Below are positions 38,238 to 49,113 of a DNA stretch of 64,000 nucleotides, piece by piece. This DNA comes from Candidatus Obscuribacteraceae bacterium. GTDB lineage: Bacteria > Cyanobacteriota > Vampirovibrionia > Obscuribacterales > Obscuribacteraceae. The first letter of the stretch is position 1. Each line of letters starts with the position of its first letter. The translations under genes and the position numbers were made by a program. The notes below the pieces were generated by a model, which made no database searches, was not told where the DNA came from, and worked only from the letters and a program-made list of their open reading frames with translations. Location: assembly GCA_044226015.1 (NCBI GenBank), contig JBGAHS010000003.1, positions 640,001-704,000 of the forward strand. The letters are read 5' to 3'.

Positions 38238-38518
38238 ATGAACTGTGCCAGAAAGCTCTGAGCTTCGTCCCTAAGTCGCGGATTTTCTGCATCGCTCATA
38301 GAAGCAAAAACGCACCGGCTTTCGCCAGTGCGTTTTTACATCGGGTTGGTTGGGCTGGTGAATTCAATATAGTTTTCCAAACTGACATGAGCGTGACACA
38401 GCTGCACACAATTTGAGAAATTGCGGAGATGCGGAACGCACCTACTACACGCCTTCGTATACGAAAAGAAAAAAGCAACCCCTGAAGAAAGGCATGTGCC
38501 AATCTCCAGGGGTGCTCC

Positions 38519-38971
38519 TTAAGCCGAACGGAAATCCAGAGCAAAGTACAGCGCACAGAATCGATAGCCAAACGGCAAACGAATATACGCCTTGCCCAGA
38601 TACAAGCCCGGCTCAATCATGCGAATTTCGTCGCGGATGTAGAAAGCGATGAACGAGGTCTTCAGGTAATCGATGATAATCGCATCACCGCCGTCAGACC
38701 AACTCTTGCCGCGAAAAACTTCCGCATGCACGAACTTCAGCCCGAGAATCTTGTTCACCAGAGCCGCATAGCCTGGACGTTCTCGTGTAAAGACCTTGCC
38801 CCGCCAGACCATATTAGCGAGCAGGGAAAACAACTCACCGATGATCGTTCCGTTGCCAAAGATGGCCACCCCATTGGCGTCGCCATCCGGAACCTCAGGT
38901 ATAGTGCATCGTTCGTAAAGACTCGAAAGCACTTGATTTTTCAAAACTGCCACTTGATTCAACGTAACCAC
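38519..38971 (-). CDS. Conserved hypothetical protein
   Basis: WRGKVF, IIIDY, IRDEIR...PGLYLG, YFAL; likely GTG start after AAGGA. Confidence 0.75.
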   Translation of the reverse strand: MVTLNQVAVLKNQVLSSLYERCTIPEVPDGDANGVAIFGNGTIIGELFSLLANMVWRGKVFTRERPGYAALVNKILGLKFVHAEVFRGKSWSDGGDAIIIDYLKTSFIAFYIRDEIRMIEPGLYLGKAYIRLPFGYRFCALYFALDFRSA

Positions 38972-39035
38972 GATCCTTAGTTCCTTAGAAAAAAACGGAG
39001 AGGAGAGACAAGCGCCTCTCCTCTCCAACAACGAA

Positions 39036-39521
39036 TCACACAAGTTCTCCACGCATGCACAGCTCGTCGAAAGCCTCCCGCTCGAGCTTGCCTTCGAGCT
39101 TTTTCAGCTCGCTGACGAGTTCGAGGTAACGAGCGACTTGCTTGCGAGCCTTCCGCTTGCGGTAGAGTTCACGACGCCGAGCCAGCTTCCGCTGGTGCTC
39201 CGTTTCCATCTCATCGAGCAGCTCCTTCAGGTCGAAGTTGTCAGACTCGAGGAGTTCAACGGGGTCAAGCTCGGCGAGGTCGACGGTGCTGCCGCAGTAC
39301 TCCTCGGAGTTGCCACACCAGTAACCCCCATCCATGTCTTGCGAACGCTCATCGAGTTCGTAGCAGATCTCATCCGTCTGATCCGCGATCTCCTTCTGAG
39401 CGGCCATTCGCATGCGCTTATGCGCCAACTTCTTGTAGCTCTTGCGCCAGCCACGCGTGAAGTCAGTACTGTTGCCGCGCCCCGTGATGATGAGACGCAA
39501 ATTCGCGCTGCGGTCGAGCAT
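39036..39521 (-). CDS. Hypothetical protein with basic and acidic helical segments
   Basis: AAGGAGA RBS; biased codon usage. Confidence 0.7.
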   Translation of the reverse strand: MLDRSANLRLIITGRGNSTDFTRGWRKSYKKLAHKRMRMAAQKEIADQTDEICYELDERSQDMDGGYWCGNSEEYCGSTVDLAELDPVELLESDNFDLKELLDEMETEHQRKLARRRELYRKRKARKQVARYLELVSELKKLEGKLEREAFDELCMRGELV

Positions 39522-40261
39522 TCAGCTCTCCTTTCGGGCAGGGAGGGACAGGTCAAAACCTGAAGCCACAGTTCTAAGATGTTCAAGAAATATTTGATGT
39601 GACTTGAGGCTTTTTACCGGTAAACGCTTTGGGGGAGAAATGATGCTTCATCCTCCAACTCTTCCAACTGCCTTTTCCGTCTAGATGAAGCCCAAACGAA
39701 AATAAGTCACATTCACGTAGGCGGTTTTTACTAAAGAACCTTCAAACATGCTTATGCGAACCGCCGCTAAGTTCTTCCAAGACCAAATATCAAGCCCCAA
39801 CCAGCTTAAGCGCTGCTAAACAAGCGGTGTTAAAAATCTCATTCTTCGACTACAGATTTGCACAGTTCCACAGTGTTGATATCACCCGTGGTGCAGCATC
39901 GCTAGTTATGATCCTGAAAATAAACGAAAAAAAGGGCATTTACTTAGAACACTACTGCATGCGCTTTAAATTTAAAGCGGCTGCAATGCCCACACGGCAA
40001 GCGCTGTGGGACGTGGTTACAAGACCGCAGTACAAAAGTGAAGGTTTCATTTAGATTCTCAAAATTCGTAAGGTGAATTATAACTTTCACTTCTCGCCAC
40101 AAGAACAACCAGGCAAATCGCACCGCTAACTACCAAACACACACAAGAAATTACTTCCAGACAACAGGAGAGGTTGTTTGGACAGTTCAAGTGTGTGGGC
40201 GTTGCGAAGAAGTGATTGAAGCTCTCCTGGTTCCACATACCATATCCTATGAGGTAGACCC

Positions 40262-41344
40262 ATGGTCACTCTTTCTTCTCCTGCTGCAATCAAGGCTGCC
40301 CTCGACGAAGTCGTCATCGGACAGCACATGGCGAAGCTGATGCTTTCGGTCGGCGCCTACAACCACTATGCTCGCGCGATTCGTGCCCAGGAGGTGCAGC
40401 GCGGGATTCTGCCGACCAACGCCATCGAGGTCGAGAAGTCGAACATCCTGCTCTGCGGTCCCACCGGTTCCGGCAAGACCCACCTCACCCGTGCGCTCGC
40501 TCGCATCCTCGCGGTTCCTTTCGGCACCGCCGATGCGACGAAGATCACCGAGGCGGGCTATGTCGGCGAAGACGTCGAGAACGTCGTTCTGCCGATGCTG
40601 GCCAGCGCGAACTACAACATCGAGCAGGCGCAGTTCGGCATCGTCTACATCGATGAGATCGACAAGAAGGCTCGCAAGGGCGAAAACGTGTCGATCACGC
40701 GCGATGTCAGCGGCGAAGGCGTCCAGCAGGCTCTGCTGACGCTGCTCGAGGGCACGGTGCTCAACGTTCCGCCGAATGGTGGTCGCAAGCATCCGCAGCA
40801 GGATTTCCTCAAGCTCGACACGACGAACATCCTGTTCATCGTCGGCGGCGCCTTCGTCGGTCTGGACAAGATCGTCGCTGCGCGCAAGGAGACCCGCGGC
40901 GCCAGCATGGGCTTCAACGCGAAAATCGTCGAGAAGGACGAGAACGCGGACACGTCGCATCTCTATCAGGAAATCACCGACCGCGACCTGGTTCAGTTCG
41001 GACTCATCCCCGAGCTGGTCGGTCGTATTCCGGTTCGTGCTGGTCTGCTCCCGCTGACCATGGACGACCTGGTGCGCATCCTGACGGAGCCCAAGAATGC
41101 GATCGTCGCTCAGCAGAAGGCTCTGCTGTCCGGCGATGTCGAACTCACTTTCGAGGACGACGCGCTGCTCGCCATCGCCGAGGAAGCCACCCTGACTCGC
41201 ACCGGTGCTCGCGGTCTGCGCGGCATCATCGAGGAGGTCATGCTCCCCATCAACTACCTGCGCCCGAAGTCCGTCACGATCACCCGCAAGGATGTCATCG
41301 AGCGGCGCAAGGCGATCGACTCCCTCTGCCAGTCTGTTGCGTGA
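40262..41344 (+). CDS. clpX: ClpX-type AAA+ unfoldase lacking the N-terminal zinc-binding domain
   Basis: [52 protein letters not shown] loop, TGARGLR. Confidence 0.95.
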   Translation: MVTLSSPAAIKAALDEVVIGQHMAKLMLSVGAYNHYARAIRAQEVQRGILPTNAIEVEKSNILLCGPTGSGKTHLTRALARILAVPFGTADATKITEAGYVGEDVENVVLPMLASANYNIEQAQFGIVYIDEIDKKARKGENVSITRDVSGEGVQQALLTLLEGTVLNVPPNGGRKHPQQDFLKLDTTNILFIVGGAFVGLDKIVAARKETRGASMGFNAKIVEKDENADTSHLYQEITDRDLVQFGLIPELVGRIPVRAGLLPLTMDDLVRILTEPKNAIVAQQKALLSGDVELTFEDDALLAIAEEATLTRTGARGLRGIIEEVMLPINYLRPKSVTITRKDVIERRKAIDSLCQSVA

Positions 41345-41602
41345 GGTGAGTTGATGAGGCACACGAACAGGGTGAATGGACAGAACCCATAAGCTGGGTT
41401 TGTCCGTTCACCTGAGTAGGGGGGGTGCACGATTCTTACGACTACCCAACTTCGCCAAAGGAGCAAATGCTGCAATCTGTGCAGCGTTTGCTCCTTGTCT
41501 GCGTCTTTTGGTTTTTTCGGGCCATCTACGATTGCGAGTAGTATAAAGAGAACTCAAGGACTGTATACTGATTCCTTCCGTTCCACCCAAAAGAAGCAAG
41601 CA

Positions 41603-42931
41603 ATGAGCATCAACACATTCCTCATCAAAAGCAGCACCGTAGGAGCCCTTGGTGGGTTGCTCTTCGGATTTGACACTGCAGTTATTTCTGGAACAACAAC
41701 TGCTCTCACTAAAGAATACAATCTGACACCAGACTTATTGGGGTTCGCTGTTTCTAGCGCTCTCTGGGGAACTGTCATCAGTTCAATGCTCGCTGGAATT
41801 CCCGGTGATAAATATGGTGCACGCGACACACTTCGCATCGCAGCAGTTATGTACGTTGTCTCTGCCGTGGGCTGCGCACTCGCTTGGAACTTACCATCTC
41901 TTCTTTTCTTTCGATTTATTGGCGGCTTGGGAATCGGCTGCTCATCGGTCTTAGGCCCCGTCTACATCGCAGAAATAGCACCGGCACAATGGCGCGGCAG
42001 ACTCGTTGGTTTATTTCAAACAAACATTGTCTTAGGAATTCTTGTTGCATATGCATCAAATTACCTGATTGGAACAATGGGATTGGGCGATTTAGAATGG
42101 CGTTGGAAACTCGGTGTTTCAGGTATTCCCGCAGCTCTTTTTCTGGCAATGTTGTTTGGTATTCCGCGCAGCCCTCGCTGGTTGGTGGCAAGAAACCACA
42201 TAGATGAGGCCCGCGATGTTCTGCGACTTACGGGCGTTGAAAACTACGAGCAAGAGCTGAATGAAATTGTTGAAAACATTCAGCATGAACACTCACAATC
42301 AAAAGAGCCACTGTTTTGCAAGAAATATCGCTTTCCGATTTTTCTTGCTATAGCGGTTGGCATGTTCAATCAACTATCAGGTATCAATGCAATTCTCTAC
42401 TACTTAAACGACATCTTTGCGCTTGCTGGTTTTTCCAAAATGTCTGGCGACCTTCAAGCAGTCATAATCGGCACCACAAACCTGGTCTTTTGTTTGCTTG
42501 CTATGTCGCTTATAGACAAGATAGGAAGGCGCACCCTCTTACTCATTGGAGCTGTCGGCACCGCTGTATGCATGGGTGGAGTTGCCGCTGTATTTTTCAC
42601 TCAACAAAATCTTAGCTTGCTAGTCTGGCTTCTGGTGGGCTTCATAGGCTTCTTCTCTTTTTCACAGGGCGCAGTAATCTGGGTGTACATTTCCGAAATT
42701 TTCCCCACTCCGGTTCGCGCAAAAGGTCAGAGCTTGGGCAGCTTTACACATTGGATTATGAACGCTTTGATTTCGTGGATTTTTCCAATCATGGCAAAAT
42801 CATCGGGTGCATACCCATTCGCCTTTTTCTCTCTGATGATGCTCTTGCAATTTTTCGTCGTATGGAAATTCTTCCCAGAAACTAAGGGGATCACGCTTGA
42901 AGAAATGGAACATACATTGAAGATCTCATAG
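41603..42931 (+). CDS. Sugar porter family MFS transporter
   Basis: GLLFGFDTAVISG, YIAEIAP..WRG, PRSPRWL, NQLSGINAILYY, SEIFP, PETKG. Confidence 0.96.
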   Translation: MSINTFLIKSSTVGALGGLLFGFDTAVISGTTTALTKEYNLTPDLLGFAVSSALWGTVISSMLAGIPGDKYGARDTLRIAAVMYVVSAVGCALAWNLPSLLFFRFIGGLGIGCSSVLGPVYIAEIAPAQWRGRLVGLFQTNIVLGILVAYASNYLIGTMGLGDLEWRWKLGVSGIPAALFLAMLFGIPRSPRWLVARNHIDEARDVLRLTGVENYEQELNEIVENIQHEHSQSKEPLFCKKYRFPIFLAIAVGMFNQLSGINAILYYLNDIFALAGFSKMSGDLQAVIIGTTNLVFCLLAMSLIDKIGRRTLLLIGAVGTAVCMGGVAAVFFTQQNLSLLVWLLVGFIGFFSFSQGAVIWVYISEIFPTPVRAKGQSLGSFTHWIMNALISWIFPIMAKSSGAYPFAFFSLMMLLQFFVVWKFFPETKGITLEEMEHTLKIS

Positions 42932-43078
42932 CTCAATCGCCGCAGCAATGCCATCGCCTGTGGTGCCGATGGCAAATGAGCAACAGGCACCCAACGCAGC
43001 TGCAGCCTGTCAATATAAAAAAACCGCTCCGCATGCGCTAAAATTTCCTGGTCGTCTCTGTGGTAATTTCAAACAGCA

Positions 43079-43771
43079 ATGAAAAACAAATTTTCCACCC
43101 AGAAGTTTTTGATAGCAATTCTTGCTGCCTTTTCTTTTTTAGCTGTTTCATTTTCTTCTAGCAGAGCTGAAGAGCTCAATCTGAGCAGATTTGAACAAGA
43201 CATAAAGAACTTCCAGAACAAAGATCAAAAACAAAAGAGAAGTTCTGCTGAAACAGTCTTTGTCGGCAGTTCAACGTTTACAATGTGGAAAAAGCTCGAA
43301 TCTGAATTCAGCGAGTTCAAGGCAATAAACCGTGGCTTTGGCGGCTCAACATTGCCAGAAATCAATCACTACTTTGATCAACTTGTTTGTAACTACAAGC
43401 CAAAAAGGGTAGTGCTTTACGCCGGTACGAACGACATCGCCGAGTTGCATCATACAGGCAAGGAAGTCGCAAAAGACGTGGAGGCATTCTACAGCAAGCT
43501 GTCTTCTTGCTGTCCTGAAGCCGAATTTTACTTTGTTTCTATGAGCATGGCACCTTGCAGAACTGAATTTGAGAATCAGTATGATGAGGGAAACAAAGCC
43601 GTCCTTGAGTTCGTGAAACGCACAAAGCATGCGCATTACATCAATGTTGTACCGCTAATGCGAAACAAGCAAAACAGACTGCGTGCAGAATTGTTCGGTC
43701 CTGATCACCTGCACATGACGGAATCAGGCTATGCGCTCTGGAAACCAGCCATTTTGAAGGCACTCCGCTAG
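43079..43771 (+). CDS. Secreted SGNH/GDSL hydrolase
   Basis: Signal peptide, FVGSS, NRGFGGS, YAGTND, DHLH. Confidence 0.92.
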   Translation: MKNKFSTQKFLIAILAAFSFLAVSFSSSRAEELNLSRFEQDIKNFQNKDQKQKRSSAETVFVGSSTFTMWKKLESEFSEFKAINRGFGGSTLPEINHYFDQLVCNYKPKRVVLYAGTNDIAELHHTGKEVAKDVEAFYSKLSSCCPEAEFYFVSMSMAPCRTEFENQYDEGNKAVLEFVKRTKHAHYINVVPLMRNKQNRLRAELFGPDHLHMTESGYALWKPAILKALR

Positions 43772-44292
43772 AGTCGTCCTTCATGAATGCGGGAAATCCG
43801 TTGTTGATGTCTTCCGGAATCAAGGGATTGGCAAAGTCATCCCATCCTGAGCGCCTCATCATGCAAAGGCTTCGACTTGAACACATAGCGAGGCTTGCAT
43901 TGTTTCACACAAACGGCTGCATTAAAGCTCATGCGAGCTTGTCAAGAGAACCTCACGCAAACCGCGCGAGGGCTCTAACTCACGATTTAATCTAACCCCA
44001 GAGAGCCAGGCATTTGTGAGCGCGTGGCCCAGCGCGCCTTGGAGGGATCCACAGAAGCCCACCGTGACTCGCGCCTACGCATTTCCCGCAGTCCACAGGG
44101 TTGACCTGCCCTGCCCCCGAACCGCAGGGTGGGGATATCACTGTTTCTTCACCACCCAACACAAGGAGTTCATCGCCTCACAAACCCATTAGCCGCAAGG
44201 CCTTTTGTGACCTCTCTTTTCAGCAGTAGCTGGGCAGGGAGCTTGTGTCTTTTTTGCGAACAACCAAACCGCTCCTGAAAGGACAAAAACAC

Positions 44293-46203
44293 ATGACTAC
44301 CGCGAACATCAAGCTGGAAGCCGCTGCGCACAACAACGACTCGGTCACCATCATCGCCTGGGACTGGACGCACGGGAAGAAGATCGAGGGCTGCCTCGGC
44401 TTCGCCATCACCCGCATCTCCAAGTCCGGCAAGCGTGAAGTGATCGAGACGAAGTTGCCCTTCGACGGCCAGCAGAACCACGACTGGAAGAGCCAACCGA
44501 GCACGGTCTGGCCCGTTCAGCGCAAGTGGTGGATCGACTTCACCGGCAGCACCGGCGAAACGTACACCTACGAAATCCAGGCCATGGGCGGCACGCCGAA
44601 CAAGCTGGTCCCCATCGCCGGCGTCGTCGCCACGACGAACGCTGTCACCCTGAGCACCACCGTCGACGAGACCTTCGATGTCGCGTTCACGCGCGGCATT
44701 CTCTCCACGCAGTGGCTCGCTCACGTCATCGGTCTCAACGCCGAAGGCGAACCGGACTTCCAGAAGATCATCGATGCGCTGGCTGACTACGAGAAGCCGG
44801 ACAACGTCATTCGCAAGCACCTGGTCGGCAACGTCCCCGGTCTGCTGATGGCGCCCATCGAGGACTGCAAGAAGGACGGCGGGCACGTCTATGCCGCGCT
44901 CTACGAACTCAGCTCGAAGCAGCTTGTGGACTTCCTCCTGAAGAACCTCAAGTATTTCTCGCTGATTCTCGGCAACACCGGCAAGGACGACCTGACCAAC
45001 ACCGCCTCCCGCAAGGCGCTGCACGCCGCCGGCGCGGACATCCACGACCGCACCATCGGTGAGTGGGGCATTCCGCACAACAAGAGCCAGGTTCGCTGCA
45101 ACAAGAGCGGGAAGCCCGTGGATGTGACGACCGGTTCGACGAACTGGACCGACACCGGCATGGGCTGCCAGGCGAACATGGTCGCTCGCGTCCGCAACGC
45201 GGAAGTGGCTGCGAACTTCAAGGACTACTGGGACCGTCTGCTCGCAGACAACTCGGTGCAGTCCCTCGAGTTCCGCAAGCGCAACGCTCGCGGTTACGAC
45301 CCGGTCAAGCTCAATGACGGCACCGTCATCGAGACCTGGTTCCAGCCCAGCATGCCCGACAAGACGAAGCCGCGCGACGCCGAGCTGTCGCCGTTCCTGA
45401 AGCGCGTCAAATCGCTGATGGAAGGCGCCAAGGAAGTGCTCTGCGGCGAAGTCTTCTACCCCGGAAGCCCGTCCGTGGTCCACTTCATGGCGGAAATCTG
45501 GGACAATCGTCCGGACCTCTACCAGTTCCTCACGGTCAGCACCCCCGACGCCCTGCGTGGCGTCAAGTGCAAGCGCCGCAAGGGACGGCAGCCGCTCTTC
45601 ACGCTGGCGACCGGTCGGGAGTCCGACTTCGCCGACTTCGTGAAGGAACTGCTCAAGCTGCCGGAAGCTCATGCCATCACGCATGGCAAGATCATCGTCA
45701 TCGACCCGTGGGGGGAGAAGCCGGTGGTCATCTTTGGCTCCGATAACCTCGGTGCCAAGGCGAGCTACGGCAACGACGAAAACGCGCTGATCGTCATCGG
45801 CAACAAGCGTCTCGCTCAGTTCGTTTTCGTGAACATGTTCGATGTGAACAAGCACTTCCAGTCGCGCGCCGCCTCTCGGGCTGCCCGCTTCGGAGGCAAC
45901 AAGTCCGGCTGGACCGGTCGCTTGAGCACGACGGACACCTGGCAGTCCTACTGGCTGGACGGTTACCACGCGCTCGAAGCCCAACTGCTTGCCACCGGCA
46001 AGTGGGACGGCAGCGGACTCGAGGACGACCCGAACGCCAAGCCGGAATTCGTGATTCCGTGGCAGCCGCGCCCGCGCAACGCTGCCATCGGTGCGGTTCC
46101 GTCCGACGACGACAACAGCGTGCTTGCCGGCGACCTCGAACATCTCCGCTTCGGCAACGTGCCGGCAGCGTTCATGGACGAGCCGCCGGTCGACTCGCAC
46201 TAA
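44293..46203 (+). CDS. Phospholipase D-like (HKD) protein
   Basis: PHNK...TGSTNWT and THGKIIVIDP...GSDN...NDEN; AAAGGA RBS. Confidence 0.9.
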   Translation: MTTANIKLEAAAHNNDSVTIIAWDWTHGKKIEGCLGFAITRISKSGKREVIETKLPFDGQQNHDWKSQPSTVWPVQRKWWIDFTGSTGETYTYEIQAMGGTPNKLVPIAGVVATTNAVTLSTTVDETFDVAFTRGILSTQWLAHVIGLNAEGEPDFQKIIDALADYEKPDNVIRKHLVGNVPGLLMAPIEDCKKDGGHVYAALYELSSKQLVDFLLKNLKYFSLILGNTGKDDLTNTASRKALHAAGADIHDRTIGEWGIPHNKSQVRCNKSGKPVDVTTGSTNWTDTGMGCQANMVARVRNAEVAANFKDYWDRLLADNSVQSLEFRKRNARGYDPVKLNDGTVIETWFQPSMPDKTKPRDAELSPFLKRVKSLMEGAKEVLCGEVFYPGSPSVVHFMAEIWDNRPDLYQFLTVSTPDALRGVKCKRRKGRQPLFTLATGRESDFADFVKELLKLPEAHAITHGKIIVIDPWGEKPVVIFGSDNLGAKASYGNDENALIVIGNKRLAQFVFVNMFDVNKHFQSRAASRAARFGGNKSGWTGRLSTTDTWQSYWLDGYHALEAQLLATGKWDGSGLEDDPNAKPEFVIPWQPRPRNAAIGAVPSDDDNSVLAGDLEHLRFGNVPAAFMDEPPVDSH

Positions 46204-46312
46204 CAAGTGCGCAGTCTGAACTGACATGAACCCAGGACTGGAGGAGCGAAAGCTTCTCCTTTCCTGGGTTCTCTGTTTCTCATTTACAAACAACTTCAAA
46301 AGGAAACTCTGA

Positions 46313-46636
46313 ATGAAAACCTGCGACACGACCACCTGCGGCGCCACCTCTTGCTCCGGCGCCTGCGCCTGCTCCAAGGGCATCCGCACGCTCTACCTGC
46401 CGGCACGCGGTCCCAACGAGCGGCTCGGCGAATTCGGCATCGTGCGCTCCGCCGAGGCCAACATGGTCGAAGTCCCCAACAACTGGGACATCGTTCCCAG
46501 CAGCGTCAGCCCCTACCACCGGCATCTGGTCGATGGCAACGGCAAGCCGGTCTGCTGCATCCTCGACAAGTCGCTCGGCGGCGGCAGCTACCAGTTCACC
46601 TGCAGCGACAACTGCGCCGACGCGGCCAAGAGCTAA
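46313..46636 (+). CDS. Small Cys/His-rich protein, paralog 1
   Basis: ACAC, P.RGP, VP..W.I.P..VS..H.HL.DG.G....CIL and DNCA shared with 48682..49011. Confidence 0.8.
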   Translation: MKTCDTTTCGATSCSGACACSKGIRTLYLPARGPNERLGEFGIVRSAEANMVEVPNNWDIVPSSVSPYHRHLVDGNGKPVCCILDKSLGGGSYQFTCSDNCADAAKS

Positions 46637-46690
46637 GCTCTCGACGCCATCCGAAGCACGGCACATCGCCGTAACTCACGGAGTTCACAA

Positions 46691-46942
46691 ATGACCCTCT
46701 GGCTCATCGCCGGAACCTTGTTCATCATCGGACTGGCTTCCGGCTTCTTTGCTGTCAAGTCGCAATTCAGCCGCAGCGACGCAGTCGTGCCCACGATACT
46801 ACTGGTGGTGCTCGCCCCGCTCTCCGGCTTCATGCTGTACAGCGGAACCGACGCCATCCAGTACATGGGACTGTATCTGCTGCTCTGCGTCGGACAGCTC
46901 ATCGGACTGCTGGTTCGGGGGCTGAATCTCCTCGAACGCTGA
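46691..46942 (+). CDS. Small 3-TM membrane protein
   Basis: GGAG RBS; three hydrophobic segments. Confidence 0.75.
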   Translation: MTLWLIAGTLFIIGLASGFFAVKSQFSRSDAVVPTILLVVLAPLSGFMLYSGTDAIQYMGLYLLLCVGQLIGLLVRGLNLLER

Positions 46943-46947
46943 ACTAG

Positions 46948-46994
46948 AAAACTGCCAATCGGAAGCGAAAGCTCTGGTTGGCAGTTTTTCTTTT
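46948..46994 (+). terminator. Intrinsic terminator
   Basis: AAAACTGCCAATC...GGTTGGCAGTTTTT inverted repeat with a T tail. Confidence 0.65.
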
Positions 46995-47238
46995 GCACGC
47001 TTCTACTACCGGGAATCGTAGCACAGCAAACACACTCGGGGTCAAGCAAAAGCCTTGCATTCATTGTGCCTCCCAAGGCAAACCTTATGCATGCCTGAGC
47101 CACCGCTAGTGACACCAATGCAAGCGCAGCAGATTTCACAAAAGCTCAGCTAGAACCGCCATGATGGCGGCGCTCCCAGTCCCTTCTGAACAGCCAGAAG
47201 GATTGCGTTCCCAGCACCCTTGAACCCATCAACACAAT

Positions 47239-48318
47239 TTACTTCCCTGTGCCTGCAGCTGATTTTGCGCCGCCATTAGCAGCAGCAGCCGAGCTTCCTC
47301 CATACAGCATCGCAACAGTTTTCTTATCTCTCTCTGACATAATTCCTCTGGCTGCCTCGTAATTGGCTGCAGCAAACATCACATCATCTGGTCCGCTACT
47401 GTGCCCACCAATTCCAATAGCATGCCCTACTTCATGCAAGCAAACATGCCGCACATAGGTATCAGTAATACCATTGGTCATCATCGGATGCTGCGTCAAG
47501 ATTATCATTTCCACACGCATAATATGCCGGGTCGGATCTTGCAAAACTAGAGCTTGCCCGCCTTCCTGCGGATTCACCACATCTTTGATATTTGCAGACC
47601 ACTGACAGTTAACTCCGTTGTTTTGCATCGAGTCGACGAAATTAAATTGCAACTTTCCGCCGGAAGCATCGGACCATTGCTTGAAGGCTCCTTTCAAAAG
47701 TTCCACATACTCCGGCTTGAAGCCAGGGACATTTTCGCCCGACTTGATGTAAACATTCACTGGCATTTTAGCCCACGAGCCGCCACCACCGGCGATGGCT
47801 TCATTCAAGTAATTGTCTTGGCCTTTGCTGCTAACTCCTTTCATTCGATCTACTTCGATCTGCAACGTTTTTATCATCAGGTTTATGCGTGGAGCATATT
47901 GCCCCTTCGGAAAAGCAGCCAGATATTTCTTGTAAGTAGACAACGCTTCGGAGCTCTGACCGTTTAATTGATAAAGCTGCCCAATATTCACTAACACCAT
48001 TTCATCATTTGGGTGCAAAGCATCTGCTTTCTTAAGCTCTTCCAAGGCTTCAGCATTTCTTCCACGCAAAGCTAGCGCAGAGCCCAAATTTTGATGAGCA
48101 GCATAAAAATTTGGCAGCGCTTTAACTACAGTCTTTAGTTTTTCTATAGCTTGATCAGTCTTGCCAGTCTGCATGTCTGCCTGAGCACCGTTGAAAATGT
48201 TCATCAACTCCATGGTCATTCCCGGCGGTGCCTCGATGGTCTGTGCGGACACCGCAACTGAAAACAAAATCAACCCGAGAGAAATAGCAAGCGAGGATGA
48301 GAGTTTTGAAATGCGCAT
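47239..48318 (-). CDS. Secreted TPR-repeat plus matrixin-type zinc metalloprotease
   Basis: Signal peptide, TPR-like repeats, HEVGHAIGIGGH, Met-turn DVMF. Confidence 0.92.
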   Translation of the reverse strand: MRISKLSSSLAISLGLILFSVAVSAQTIEAPPGMTMELMNIFNGAQADMQTGKTDQAIEKLKTVVKALPNFYAAHQNLGSALALRGRNAEALEELKKADALHPNDEMVLVNIGQLYQLNGQSSEALSTYKKYLAAFPKGQYAPRINLMIKTLQIEVDRMKGVSSKGQDNYLNEAIAGGGGSWAKMPVNVYIKSGENVPGFKPEYVELLKGAFKQWSDASGGKLQFNFVDSMQNNGVNCQWSANIKDVVNPQEGGQALVLQDPTRHIMRVEMIILTQHPMMTNGITDTYVRHVCLHEVGHAIGIGGHSSGPDDVMFAAANYEAARGIMSERDKKTVAMLYGGSSAAAANGGAKSAAGTGK

Positions 48319-48681
48319 TCAAGGCTCCTGAAAAACTTTCCAGTGTGAACATTCCTCAATCTAAGCAAGCTAAAACACTGCATGTGTTCTGTGTGTTTGT
48401 GCAGTTGGCAGAGCTGGGCCGACTAACTTTTGTTAACTCCCGTAGATACACCATGCCCCTGCGCTTGAGGCGGCATGCCCCTGCCTGCAAGAGTGAGTCA
48501 CAACTCTTATCGCCTCGACACCAATAAACGCCATACCCAGAACACAGCCAGACCAATATTCATCCTTTACCAGCTTAGCGACTAGCGCTGAGCGAGGTGA
48601 ATTGTCGGCTGCGGCGATCTGAGTTTTTCGCTGACTTCCTTGAAGCCAGTAACTCTCAACGTGATAGCGAAAGGATACCCA

Positions 48682-49011
48682 ATGAGCAACGACACCACCG
48701 CCAAGACGAAGTGCGACGCCTGCGCCTGCGGCAATCTGAAGCATGTGCACATCCCGCCGCGCGGTCCCATCGACGAGCTCGTGGCTCGCGGCGCCAGGCG
48801 CACCTGCATGCCCGCGGACTTCCACAGCATCCAGATCGCGGTTCCGCGCGACTGGGCCATTCTGCCGACCGGCGTCAGCGACCTGCACGACCATCTCTGC
48901 GACGGCGAAGGCAACGTGATTGCCTGCATCCTCCGCAAGACCGGAAGCGGCGGCGCCGGCTCTTTCCAGATCGCCAGCAAGGACAACTGCGCCGAACTGG
49001 CGAACAGCTGA
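48682..49011 (+). CDS. Small Cys/His-rich protein, paralog 2
   Basis: AAAGGA RBS before MSNDTT; aligns end to end with 46313..46636. Confidence 0.8.
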   Translation: MSNDTTAKTKCDACACGNLKHVHIPPRGPIDELVARGARRTCMPADFHSIQIAVPRDWAILPTGVSDLHDHLCDGEGNVIACILRKTGSGGAGSFQIASKDNCAELANS

Positions 49012-49113
49012 TTCCCGTGGTGCGTTGATTCACGTTGAACAACGCACTGCACGTTTCTCCCTGAGGCGGCTTCATACGAAGCCGCTTTCATTCCAACAAC
49101 TCGGAGCAAAACA

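Noticed and set aside
43990..44290. GC-rich stretch upstream of the PLD gene considered as a tRNA or riboswitch
   Set aside because: No cloverleaf, T-loop consensus or known aptamer motif could be identified
25747..46203. Prophage or integrative element explanation for the GC-rich blocks
   Set aside because: No integrase, terminase, capsid, relaxase, transposase or att-like repeats were seen
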